Of a stretch of 64,000 bases of DNA, positions 37,337 to 46,757 are shown one piece after another. A program made the translations under genes and the position numbers. The stretch's first letter is position 1; every line of letters begins with the position of its first letter. Below the pieces are notes generated by a model. It had not been told where the DNA came from, did no database searches, and was given only the letters and a program-made list of their open reading frames with translations. The DNA is from a virus, in IMG/VR virus record IMGVR_UViG_3300032213_001637, positions 32,001-96,000 of that record; one strand, given 5' to 3'.

Positions 37337-39373
37337 TTAGATTTTACTATTACTGTTCAAAAACATGTCGTTCATTGTCTTAGCGACACTAATAACGTTG
37401 GTTACATCAATAAACCGGGAGTCTTTACCGTACATAGTTTTAAAACATGTAACGGCCGGATCAATATAATAATTTTTATGTGTATATTCACTGATAAAAT
37501 AAGACACAACCTTATATCCCTTTTCACGGATCATGCCAACCTGTTTACGAGTGTGTTTTGATCCATTATTACTTGAATACACAATATATACGTTGTTCTT
37601 TTGATAACAATACCCCGGTTCACCATCAGAGAAATTCAGGAAATAATAATCCTCGTTTTCTCCACAGTCTTTCAACTGATCCATAATTGCCTCGAAACAC
37701 AATCCTTCAGGAGTGCTTCCAGTACAAGACAAATAAGGAAACAGATTCACCACTTTGGCAAAAGAGTCCTTACTAGAATCATACACCATAGCAATATACG
37801 GATTACCACTTGTATGACTGGTTGTACGAAGACTCACACTGACACGAATATTAGAAATCATTGAAGCGGCTTTACAAATTGCCGTAACACAAGTGATAGT
37901 ATTAGTCCACTTTTTACCATCCATACTAGCACTAGCATCTACAGAAATATGAATAAACGCCTTTTTATACAGATCCGTCTCAATTCTATAGAAAACATTC
38001 TCGTTGTCAAATCCAAGATCAGACAAAACACGTCGATCAATTTTACCCATTGACTTACGCATATACTTCGTTGTGTTAATTTCACTACGAATACTCAGAC
38101 GTTTTCCAAGCAAAATGCCAAGTTGGACACCTCGTTCCACTGCCATTTTAGTGGCTGCCTTAGGGTTTTTATGTTCATCATAATCAACACAAGGACAAAT
38201 ATCGGAAAATACCAGTTCACGATTGAAGTTCTTCACAACAATACAATCAACACCGGGTGTGGGACTAGTACCATCAATAATATTAGCTCCAACATTAACA
38301 ATAGTCACTCCCGCACTTTCCAAACTGGCAAGAATCTTATTCTCAGTAGCAGAAATCTTTGACTTCTTGATATTTCCCAAAACAAAAATCTTCTGCTTCT
38401 TTAGAGCACGATCAATAGAATCACGTTTGCTCTTGGAAACTCCACTTTGTTCATTCGCCTTTTTAGTAACATCTTCAGAATTAGAAGTTGGAGAAACTAC
38501 AGACGTAGTTAAACCTCCAATGATAGATTCAGCAGAATCAGAAGATTTACCATTTGATTCATCCGAACCAATAACAAGTTTGGTATCACTTTCACCATTC
38601 TTAGAATTTCCATTCTCCATTTTCTGCTGATCAGAATCAATGTTTGTGTAAATCAACTCACAAACTTTGATAGCCAAATCAAGACGATCTTGAGGCGTTT
38701 TCAAACGATTGATTGTCGAAATACTAATCGTCTCAGCAATCTCCCTAAAATCAGGCAACGCATCCAAATCAGTATTTGGATTTGTCAAATTAATCAACCG
38801 AGATTCATAGGATTGAAGAGTAGCGGAACGATACATTTGTGACTTCAACATCACATCAATGTTTTTGTTGTTGAAAAACTTGTCATACAACGCCAAGTAA
38901 TATCCACGGTACCCCGGCGCATTTGTGTAAATAAACTGATCGATATAACGATCTTCAATGACATTCAGAATCGTTTTAAGAAACGAAGCTACATCAGTTT
39001 TAGAAAACCCCTTTGTCTCGGCAATATTGTAAAGACTACGTGGAATGTTCTGCCACAGATCAATCACCAAACGAAAGTCACTCAACAACACATGTGATCC
39101 TTCATGTAGAGCCAATCCAACAAGACTATCAAAATCCTCAGGATCTCCTATGTCAGATGAAAGATACACAACCTTACCATCAGTCATGTTGTCTCCGCTG
39201 TCATTGAACATCACCGGGATGTTCTTTCCGGTGAGGATACTAACAAAATTAGCAACAGCTCTACGGCTCATATTGAGTCGAATAAGACGAGTGGTCGAAT
39301 CAACAGCAACCGTCGAGTCGAAATCATCAAATTCGTCCAACCAGAAATCAGAATGTATAGAGGATTGTTTCAT
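37337..39373 (-). CDS. vWA-domain protein with N-terminal HExxH metallopeptidase-like motif (CobT-like)
   Basis: ALHEGSH, NVIEDRYID, MIDAS VDASASM, TPEG, FSDGEP. Confidence 0.85.
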   Translation of the reverse strand: MKQSSIHSDFWLDEFDDFDSTVAVDSTTRLIRLNMSRRAVANFVSILTGKNIPVMFNDSGDNMTDGKVVYLSSDIGDPEDFDSLVGLALHEGSHVLLSDFRLVIDLWQNIPRSLYNIAETKGFSKTDVASFLKTILNVIEDRYIDQFIYTNAPGYRGYYLALYDKFFNNKNIDVMLKSQMYRSATLQSYESRLINLTNPNTDLDALPDFREIAETISISTINRLKTPQDRLDLAIKVCELIYTNIDSDQQKMENGNSKNGESDTKLVIGSDESNGKSSDSAESIIGGLTTSVVSPTSNSEDVTKKANEQSGVSKSKRDSIDRALKKQKIFVLGNIKKSKISATENKILASLESAGVTIVNVGANIIDGTSPTPGVDCIVVKNFNRELVFSDICPCVDYDEHKNPKAATKMAVERGVQLGILLGKRLSIRSEINTTKYMRKSMGKIDRRVLSDLGFDNENVFYRIETDLYKKAFIHISVDASASMDGKKWTNTITCVTAICKAASMISNIRVSVSLRTTSHTSGNPYIAMVYDSSKDSFAKVVNLFPYLSCTGSTPEGLCFEAIMDQLKDCGENEDYYFLNFSDGEPGYCYQKNNVYIVYSSNNGSKHTRKQVGMIREKGYKVVSYFISEYTHKNYYIDPAVTCFKTMYGKDSRFIDVTNVISVAKTMNDMFLNSNSKI

Positions 39374-39382
39374 CGTGATAAT

Positions 39383-39411
39383 ATCCTACACCGGAATTAT
39401 ACAAATGTCAA
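39383..39411 (-). promoter_or_regulatory. sigma70-like promoter
   Basis: TTGACA-N17-TAGGAT, 9 nt before ATG. Confidence 0.7.
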
Positions 39412-39419
39412 TACTTTTT

Positions 39420-40370
39420 TTAGAACGGAGGTTGAGAAACACCAACTGGATCATTCATCAACGGAGTGGTGTTGGATTCTGCCGGAATATACTTCTGAAC
39501 AACCTGTTTGATATACACACGTTCACTGTCAACACCACCGTCAATAGAAAACTCAGGATAAATGACACTTTCAGCAATCTCACGAAGATTGAATCCATCA
39601 TTGGCCAATTCTGTCATCTCACACACAGCACGGGTAGACACAAAGTTGGTAATCTTACCATCTTCCTGACGATATTGATCACGGGTATGAGCCGCAATAT
39701 CACAAATTGCTGAGATCGTGTTGAAAACCTCAGTATCTTTGGTGTTAATCTTGAATCGATTAACCATAAGGTTAAATTCGGACTGTTTATCAAGAAAGTC
39801 CATTTCAATCTTAACAGTAAAACGGTCCATCAAAGCACGATCCATAACACGGGTGGCAGTATACTGATTACCAATATTGGCAGTTCCAATAAAACACACA
39901 CCCTTCGCTACGGTAATAACTTCACTGTCCTTCTTTTCATCCAAACGAAGATATCGTTGAAGGTTATCAAGAACAGTCATCATGATGTTTGCAGCATCGT
40001 GATGAGCACGGCTAATTTCATCCAAAAGAATGACAGCATTAGGAGTTTGAATCGCCCTAACAAAAGTAGACTCACTAAAAATCGTTCCCGTGTCCTTTTC
40101 AAAGTGAGTATTACCAATAAGAGCACTACGAGAATCTTGAGTAGATCCCATGTTGAAGTAAAAGAACGGACGATTGAAGACCTTGGCAACTGTCTGAGCG
40201 GCAAGAGTCTTACCACAACCAGTGGGTCCAACCATCAACACGTTCTTACCGTAAAGAACTGATCGAACGAGGTACTTCCACTTAAGATCTGAAATAATCA
40301 CATCAGATGGCTTAAGATTCACAGAAGTCTTGAGGATATCGTTGACTGAGGAGAGTTTGATGTCTGTCAT
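39420..40370 (-). CDS. MoxR/CobS/CbbQ-family AAA+ ATPase
   Basis: GPTGCGKT, LLDEISR, TANIG, MDRALMDRF, STR; start moved to ATG 40370 because the ATGs at 40388/40385 overlap or abut the -10 box. Confidence 0.9.
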   Translation of the reverse strand: MTDIKLSSVNDILKTSVNLKPSDVIISDLKWKYLVRSVLYGKNVLMVGPTGCGKTLAAQTVAKVFNRPFFYFNMGSTQDSRSALIGNTHFEKDTGTIFSESTFVRAIQTPNAVILLDEISRAHHDAANIMMTVLDNLQRYLRLDEKKDSEVITVAKGVCFIGTANIGNQYTATRVMDRALMDRFTVKIEMDFLDKQSEFNLMVNRFKINTKDTEVFNTISAICDIAAHTRDQYRQEDGKITNFVSTRAVCEMTELANDGFNLREIAESVIYPEFSIDGGVDSERVYIKQVVQKYIPAESNTTPLMNDPVGVSQPPF

Positions 40371-40386
40371 ATTTTTAATTTCCATC

Positions 40387-40414
40387 ATCCTACACCGGTT
40401 ATAGAAAAAGTCAA
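40387..40414 (-). promoter_or_regulatory. sigma70-like promoter
   Basis: TTGACT-N16-TAGGAT; shares CCGGTGTAGGAT with the promoter at 39383. Confidence 0.7.
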
Positions 40415-40416
40415 CA

Positions 40417-40445
40417 AAAAATCCGCTGTTTTTTCAGCGGATTTT
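40417..40445. terminator. intrinsic terminator, possibly bidirectional
   Basis: AAAATCCGCTG-N6-CAGCGGATTTT. Confidence 0.8.
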
Positions 40446-40472
40446 ACGAGGGTTTTAGAATGTTTGATGTTT

Positions 40473-40763
40473 TTATCGTCTACGACCATGATGGTGATGT
40501 CCGCCAACCCAAATCGTTGGAGCGGGATAATAAACCACAGGTCGTGGCATTATTACAACCGGCTGATGATACACTACCGGCTGATGATACACTACCACTT
40601 GTGGTTGATATACTACGGGAACATAAACAACTGGTTGTGGTGGATAACAATACACGGGAACGCCAAATCCAATAGAAACACCCCAACTGAAGTGACCAGC
40701 ATTAACAGAACATACACTGAGTAACGCTGCAACAAGTAATAATTTAGATATAATTCTTTTCAT
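40473..40763 (-). CDS. small secreted Pro/Val/Tyr-rich protein
   Basis: Signal peptide, PVVY repeats, His/Arg tail. Confidence 0.7.
   Translation of the reverse strand: MKRIISKLLLVAALLSVCSVNAGHFSWGVSIGFGVPVYCYPPQPVVYVPVVYQPQVVVYHQPVVYHQPVVIMPRPVVYYPAPTIWVGGHHHHGRRR
40558..40596. repeat. 18-bp tandem repeat (VVYHQP x2)
   Basis: ACCGGCTGATGATACACT twice. Confidence 0.8.
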
Positions 40764-40817
40764 AGGTTTTATCCGACAGTGGTTTGACTATGCTAGATAT
40801 ACCCGTATTCGATTAAC

Positions 40818-41489
40818 TCACTTAAATTTGACAGTCAAGTCATCATCCGATTGTTTCGGATACTTGTACTTTGGCTTTTCACCCTTCAAAGAGTGATCAG
40901 ATTGCTTTTCAACCTTTTTAAGGTTAACATCTTGCATCGGTTGGTCGGGAAGATCCTCTTTCTTTTCTACTGCATCAACTACTTTAACGTCAGTCTTTTG
41001 TGGTCCGTCTTGTTTCTTCTTCTTTTCCTTATCAAGGCTATTGTCTGCGACTTTGTTGTAAGCAGTATTGAGATAGTTTTCTTTATCGCTTGTCAAATAT
41101 GATTTGATAAAGTCTTTCACTTCATCATATGTCAAACCAATCTTTTTGGTTCGATCTGTTTTGTCTTTATAAGCCAATATTTCAAAACTGTTGTTCCAAC
41201 GTGGACGTACATGAACGTGGTATGGATCACATCCACACAATTCAAAATTACCAGCGTCATTTTTGGTGACACTATAACTCTTATTGATCTTTTTGGCCTC
41301 TTTATCCAACTCTTCTTCGATTTGTGAACAAGTTTTATCGAACTCCGCATTCTTTTCTTCAATAACCTCCATCACAATCTTCTTCAAAAGACCTGAGATC
41401 TTATTTCTTTCATCCAAACGTTTCTTTCGTTCAACAAGAACTTCTTGGATTCCTTCAGAAATGAGTGTACGTAATTGATCAATTTTCAT
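40818..41489 (-). CDS. hypothetical protein, possibly virion-internal
   Basis: Start refined to MKIDQLRTLISE, just after the ATATTTATA motif at 41498..41506. Confidence 0.65.
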   Translation of the reverse strand: MKIDQLRTLISEGIQEVLVERKKRLDERNKISGLLKKIVMEVIEEKNAEFDKTCSQIEEELDKEAKKINKSYSVTKNDAGNFELCGCDPYHVHVRPRWNNSFEILAYKDKTDRTKKIGLTYDEVKDFIKSYLTSDKENYLNTAYNKVADNSLDKEKKKKQDGPQKTDVKVVDAVEKKEDLPDQPMQDVNLKKVEKQSDHSLKGEKPKYKYPKQSDDDLTVKFK

Positions 41490-41527
41490 ATTATGACTAT
41501 AAATATATAAAAGTTGAATATAACAAC

Positions 41528-41558
41528 AAAAAAAGAACACCCAAAATAGGGTGTTCTT
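41528..41558 (-). terminator. intrinsic terminator
   Basis: AAGAACACCC-N6-GGGTGTTCTT followed by a U-tract on the minus strand. Confidence 0.8.
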
Positions 41559-41577
41559 GTGATGTTATTTAACTTTA

Positions 41578-41793
41578 TTAACGTTTATTGCCACTAGAAC
41601 CACTAGAACCACTTGATCCTGTAGGCTTTGGTGTTCCGGTTGGCTTTGGCTTAGAACCACTTGATCCGCCGGAACCACTGGATCCACTGGATCCACTTGA
41701 TCCTGTAGGCTTTGGTGTTCCAGTTGGCGTTGGCTTAGAACCGTTAGTTCCGGCTGTACCACTTGGTGTTGGCGTTGGTGTTGGATTTGACAT
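41578..41793 (-). CDS. low-complexity Pro/Thr/Gly/Ser repeat peptide
   Basis: AAGGA RBS; SKPxPTGTPKPTGSSGSSGSSG twice; followed by a terminator. Confidence 0.6.
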   Translation of the reverse strand: MSNPTPTPTPSGTAGTNGSKPTPTGTPKPTGSSGSSGSSGSGGSSGSKPKPTGTPKPTGSSGSSGSSGNKR

Positions 41794-41833
41794 AATTTAT
41801 TCCTTTATTTTATTTTATTTTGAACCGTGGTGT

Positions 41834-42892
41834 TTATAGTTTAAAACCAGCGAAAACATTTTCGTTGATTGTATTATCTACACCTTTTACATAACTGCTC
41901 AATTCAGTTTCTTGAGGAGCAACTTGTAACTTTTTACTGTCGTAAAAACTATCCAACCATCCCGATAGAGGATTGTTTTTGGCGTTAGGATAAATCTTCT
42001 TGTATCCCAAACTTGAAAGTCGGTTATTAGCCAACCATTCAACATAATGTTTGAGACTTTCAGAAGTCAATCCCACCAAATTGCCTTTACTGAACAAATA
42101 ATCGGCCCAATCCTTTTCAGCATTGACTGCCATTTCATAGGCAGCATAAACCTTGTCTTCGTTCTTCTTGACAATATCTTGAAATCCTTCATCTGGATTA
42201 TTCATCCAATTCTTCATGATATTCTGAGTAATCGCCACATGAAGGTTTTCATCACGACTAATAAACTTGATAATCTTTGAGTTACCTTCCATCTTTCCAC
42301 GGTAACCAAAGTAAAAACTACATGCAAAACTTACATAAAAGACCAGTCCCTCTGTGATCTGTGTGGCCAAAACGGCATCATACAATCGTTGACGTTCATC
42401 TTTACCACCGGTCAAAAGTTCATCGTACTTTTGTGATATTTCAGTTGCACGTTTTACAATTTCTGGATCTTCCAAAACACTATTAAAAAACTTAGTAGAG
42501 TCAGGATAGACGTTATTCAGAATATATGTATAACTGTTGCTGTGAATCGTTTCAAAAAACGACCACGTATTCATACAAATCTCCAATTCGGGATTTGTAA
42601 CGTATTTCATCAATTCATGAATACTTCGACTCAACATCGAATCAGTCATCGTTTGAAACTTAAGGTTGTTATCAAACACAAATCGTTCTTCGTCTGATAA
42701 ACTCTTGTAATCACTGATATCTTTTACCAACGAAACTTCTTGGGGTCTCCAAAAAAAGTTAAGTTGTTGATCGTAAAGATCATAAAACTTCTGATATTTG
42801 ATTTGATCATATCGTTGAAGAGACAAATCTTCACCAAAGAACATTGGGTTCGACAACTGATCAATATTTTTCTTGTTTAGTACAGTTTTCAT
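41834..42892 (-). CDS. nrdB: ribonucleotide reductase class Ia beta subunit
   Basis: FFWRPQE, FETIHSNSY, EGLVFYVSF, RDENLH, VAPQETE. Confidence 0.97.
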   Translation of the reverse strand: MKTVLNKKNIDQLSNPMFFGEDLSLQRYDQIKYQKFYDLYDQQLNFFWRPQEVSLVKDISDYKSLSDEERFVFDNNLKFQTMTDSMLSRSIHELMKYVTNPELEICMNTWSFFETIHSNSYTYILNNVYPDSTKFFNSVLEDPEIVKRATEISQKYDELLTGGKDERQRLYDAVLATQITEGLVFYVSFACSFYFGYRGKMEGNSKIIKFISRDENLHVAITQNIMKNWMNNPDEGFQDIVKKNEDKVYAAYEMAVNAEKDWADYLFSKGNLVGLTSESLKHYVEWLANNRLSSLGYKKIYPNAKNNPLSGWLDSFYDSKKLQVAPQETELSSYVKGVDNTINENVFAGFKL

Positions 42893-42904
42893 AGTTTTAT
42901 TATT

Positions 42905-45202
42905 TTACATTGCACATGCACCGCTAACACACCCAAACTGTTCTTCTTCAATCTTCGGTTCATCCTTAACAGTTTCTTTAACATCCGACATTGCAGTTTG
43001 CTTATCACCGTCATCGGTATTGGCATAATACAGATTCTTAAGTCCATACTTATATGCCAACATCATATCCATAATTACATCCTGTACAGGAACCTTATTC
43101 TGAGGATAACGTGATGGAACATAATAAGTGTTGGTACTAATACTCATGTCTGTGAACTTCTGAATAGCAGCAGCTACTCTAAGGTACCCAGTATTGTCCG
43201 GCATGTCAAACGCAAAGGTGTAATCATCCTTGTATTTTTCCACACCGGGAACAACCACCGGGAGAATATTAGTCTTGCTACCCTTGTGACTAATCAAACT
43301 ACGTGGAGGTTCAATTCCATTGGTACTACTCTGAATAACACTGCTGGATTCAACAGGCATACAAGCAGTCAACGTACTATGACGCATTCCATGTGTCTTG
43401 ATCTTTTCACGAAGAACCTCCCAATCCATATTAAGAGGTTCAGTAACAAACGTATCAATATCTTTCTTATAAGTATCGATAGGCAAAATACCTTGACTAA
43501 ACTTTGTTCGATTAAACTTCTCACACGGACCAAACTCTTTTGCCATTTCAACGCTGGCGTCGATAAGATAATAACTCATCTTCTCCATCCAACGTGCAGC
43601 AATGTTTGGTGCATCATTATCCCAATACTTAACTCCCGATCTCGCAAGAACCGCTGCCAAGTTGGTAACACCAACTCCAAGACTACGACGTTTCTTAGCA
43701 AAATTCTCAGCGGCAGGAACGAAATAATTCTGATGTTCAATCAACGAATCAAGCATTCGAACAATAACGTCACAAACACTCTTCATTTCGTCGTCTGAAG
43801 AAATCTCCAACCAATTAACCGCTGCTAAAATACACACTCCAATCTCACCGTTCGTATCGTTAACATCTTCAATTGGAATCAAAGGATGATTCACCTCAAG
43901 GCAAAGATTGCTTGTATCTACTTGATCCAGCCAACTGCCATGTTCATTAGCATGATCAACAAACATTGTATAGATACGACCGGTTTCAATACGTTCTTTT
44001 GCCAAGACCATCAACAAATCACGTGCCTTGATCTTCTTCTTGAACTTGATGTTCTTGTTAGCTTCTGCCATTTCGTACTTTTCCTTGAAATCATCATAAC
44101 CAAATCGATTCCAAAGACTCGGACACTCATGATAACTGAACAATGTAATATCCTTGTTCTCCATGAATCGTTCAAAGATCAACTTATCAAGACCAATACA
44201 ATAATCCAACTTACGAACACGGTTATCATCAGTTCCAGCGTTATTCTTCAACACCAAAATGTCCATAATGTCATAATGGAACCACGCAAAGTTAACTGTG
44301 GCACTTCCACCACGAATACCATTTTGGTGACAACTCTTGACAGTTGACTCAAATGCCTTGGCAAATGGGATTGGACCGGTGTGAATCACTTCACCGTTAC
44401 GAATTGGTGCGTTTGTAGCACGTAGACGTGACAAATTGAGACCAATACCATAACGACTTGCGGTTGCGTATCCAACAGCGCTATTGTTACTGAAAATACT
44501 CTTGAGAGTATCATCAACAGAAAACAACGAACATGAAGCGTAACTCTTCATGACAGATCGAACACCCGCCATAATTGGTGTGGGTAGATTGATCTTGTGT
44601 TTGCTGAAATAGTTGTATGCCTTCTTGACATATTCCAGACGATTCTCCTTGTAGTTCTTGAAGAACGTCATGGCAATCAACATATATGCAAACTGAGGAG
44701 TCTCATAGATCTCTTTAGTACTACGATTTTGAATCAAGTACTTATCGCACAACTGTTTAATGCCAGCATAAGCAAAATCAAGATCCCGATCATGTTTGAG
44801 ATACTCGTCCAACTTATCAAAGTCCTTCTTGGAATACCATTCCAAGATATCACCGTCATAAACAAACTTTTCGATGTTTGTCTTAACGAGATCATACAAC
44901 TTTGGTGGATTTTTGCCACCCCAAACACGTTTACGAAGTTGATAATTCAACAAACGTGATGCAACGTATTGATAATTTGGCTTTTCAATACTAATTTGTT
45001 GTGCAGCCGCTTCAATCAACGAAACATGAATGTTATCAGAAGTCATTCCATCGAAGAATGACAAATGTGCATTCATTGCAACTTCTTCAAACGAAACGTT
45101 TTTGATACCTTCAGTTGACCACTGTAGAACCTGATTGATTTTATCCGCATTGAATTTCTCCAATGCGCCACCTCTTTTTTTAATAAAGATTTCTTTGTTC
45201 AT
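42905..45202 (-). CDS. nrdA: ribonucleotide reductase class Ia alpha subunit with ATP cone
   Basis: IKKRGG cone, PTPIMAG, ASC, SNLCLE, NGIEPP, KNLYY, C-terminal CVSGAC. Confidence 0.97.
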   Translation of the reverse strand: MNKEIFIKKRGGALEKFNADKINQVLQWSTEGIKNVSFEEVAMNAHLSFFDGMTSDNIHVSLIEAAAQQISIEKPNYQYVASRLLNYQLRKRVWGGKNPPKLYDLVKTNIEKFVYDGDILEWYSKKDFDKLDEYLKHDRDLDFAYAGIKQLCDKYLIQNRSTKEIYETPQFAYMLIAMTFFKNYKENRLEYVKKAYNYFSKHKINLPTPIMAGVRSVMKSYASCSLFSVDDTLKSIFSNNSAVGYATASRYGIGLNLSRLRATNAPIRNGEVIHTGPIPFAKAFESTVKSCHQNGIRGGSATVNFAWFHYDIMDILVLKNNAGTDDNRVRKLDYCIGLDKLIFERFMENKDITLFSYHECPSLWNRFGYDDFKEKYEMAEANKNIKFKKKIKARDLLMVLAKERIETGRIYTMFVDHANEHGSWLDQVDTSNLCLEVNHPLIPIEDVNDTNGEIGVCILAAVNWLEISSDDEMKSVCDVIVRMLDSLIEHQNYFVPAAENFAKKRRSLGVGVTNLAAVLARSGVKYWDNDAPNIAARWMEKMSYYLIDASVEMAKEFGPCEKFNRTKFSQGILPIDTYKKDIDTFVTEPLNMDWEVLREKIKTHGMRHSTLTACMPVESSSVIQSSTNGIEPPRSLISHKGSKTNILPVVVPGVEKYKDDYTFAFDMPDNTGYLRVAAAIQKFTDMSISTNTYYVPSRYPQNKVPVQDVIMDMMLAYKYGLKNLYYANTDDGDKQTAMSDVKETVKDEPKIEEEQFGCVSGACAM

Positions 45203-45298
45203 ATTGACAAAAATAACTATGATTTTGTATTTTCAAATACCCTCAGTTGATATTCATTTTGATAAATTTTTTTGACGTTTTTTGATCGTAACATACTA

Positions 45299-46681
45299 TC
45301 AGTCTTTGTCATCTTCTATGTGAGCATTCCACTTATTGCTAAGTGCCTTCTTCACAAGATTCTCACTGTCACCCATTTCATTGATAACTGACATACCATC
45401 CTTGGAGTTTTCAGCATAAATCTGAATATCACCACATCCGGCATTCATTCGACTCGGAAATGTCATACCATCGGGACCAAAACGGTTCTTGATGATATGA
45501 AACCGTGCAGTATTCGATACTTTATCGGTAACTTTACGGCTCAATGACATAACAAAGTCTGCCGTCATGATCTTTCGATACGAATCGGAGATGTTATTTG
45601 CCTGAATAATGTCTTCATCCATAGCAGCACGGTTACTTTGTGAAGCACTCCATATAGGAACCTGAAGTTCGCCAGCAACACTACGAAGTTCTTCATAAAT
45701 ACCACCAGCTTCACTATAACTATTGCTGTTACGTTCACTCTGATAAGGACGTAGAATGTCAGCATAATCGACAATAATCAAATCGATCTTACTTCCCAAC
45801 ATCGCAATACGTTCCGTATGCATCTTCAAGTGATGGGCACTAACAGTTTTGATAGGAAAGTACTTGATGAACAGTTTACCGGGAACTTGTTCAATCTTCT
45901 TACGAACGATATCAATGTTATTACGAATGTTTTGAAAGTCAATTCCGGTAAAACATGCATCATAACGAAGACCCACATAGTTTTCATTCAACTCAAGAGT
46001 AAAATGAACCACGTTCTTTCCTTGCTTCATGGCTTCAGCACCAATCTTTGCCAAAACCCAACTCTTGCCACTACCAGCACAAGCAGTGATAATTCCAAGT
46101 TCACCGCCTGCCAATCCACCATCCATGATGGTATCTACTTCAGTCCAGTTGGTCTTAACAGTGTTACGTGCCATAACACTCATACGTTTATCAACATCAG
46201 TCATATAATCATGACCAATGTTACGTTCCATACCAGCCTTCATTGCACTGTCAACCAAAGACTTGACTTTTTCATAATTTCCAGTCTTGAGATGTTCAAC
46301 ACTATCAATAATAGCGTTCTTTAGCTTCTGACTCTTACAGAACTCCAAGTATTGTTCCTTGACGAACTTAAGATCACTATCAGTGATCTTTTGATATACG
46401 TTTCTTAGTTGTGAAACGATTGATTCCTTGAGTACCGAGTTTTCAATACTATCAACCTTAATCTTAAATACATTAAGGGTAGGCAAATCCTTATATTGCA
46501 TAAAGTATGCAACGGTTTGCTTTACAATCCATTGATGAGCATCAGATTCAAACGATGTGGGGTCAATGATGTCCGAAAGTCTTTCCAAAAAAGACTTATC
46601 GCTGAGAATTCCTGAGATACACTTGATCTGGAATTCTGATCCAAACTTCTTCAAATTGTCGATTACATGGTTTTCGCTCAT
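45299..46681 (-). CDS. replicative DnaB-like helicase (T4 gp41-like)
   Basis: GELG..AGSGKS, TLEL, IVDYAD, ASQSNR, KNRFG. Confidence 0.93.
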   Translation of the reverse strand: MSENHVIDNLKKFGSEFQIKCISGILSDKSFLERLSDIIDPTSFESDAHQWIVKQTVAYFMQYKDLPTLNVFKIKVDSIENSVLKESIVSQLRNVYQKITDSDLKFVKEQYLEFCKSQKLKNAIIDSVEHLKTGNYEKVKSLVDSAMKAGMERNIGHDYMTDVDKRMSVMARNTVKTNWTEVDTIMDGGLAGGELGIITACAGSGKSWVLAKIGAEAMKQGKNVVHFTLELNENYVGLRYDACFTGIDFQNIRNNIDIVRKKIEQVPGKLFIKYFPIKTVSAHHLKMHTERIAMLGSKIDLIIVDYADILRPYQSERNSNSYSEAGGIYEELRSVAGELQVPIWSASQSNRAAMDEDIIQANNISDSYRKIMTADFVMSLSRKVTDKVSNTARFHIIKNRFGPDGMTFPSRMNAGCGDIQIYAENSKDGMSVINEMGDSENLVKKALSNKWNAHIEDDKD

Positions 46682-46715
46682 AATTAGTAATTAATATTCA
46701 TCTATTACATCACCC

Positions 46716-46744
46716 AGTATAGGGTATGTATTCCGTTTAGTACA
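46716..46744 (-). promoter_or_regulatory. sigma70-like promoter
   Basis: TGTACT-N17-TATACT. Confidence 0.5.
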
Positions 46745-46757
46745 GTTATTTTATTTT

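Noticed and set aside
39045-39713. 222 aa plus-strand ORF
   Set aside because: Antisense across two well-supported genes and a promoter; no motifs
41565-41839. Alternative-frame ORFs (VDPVDPVV.., PLEPLDP..)
   Set aside because: Frame and strand shadows of the GS/PT repeat; only 41578..41793 has an RBS and ATG
6193-46681. Introns or inteins in polB, nrdA, nrdB or helicase
   Set aside because: Lengths and motif spacing are normal, with no insertions seen
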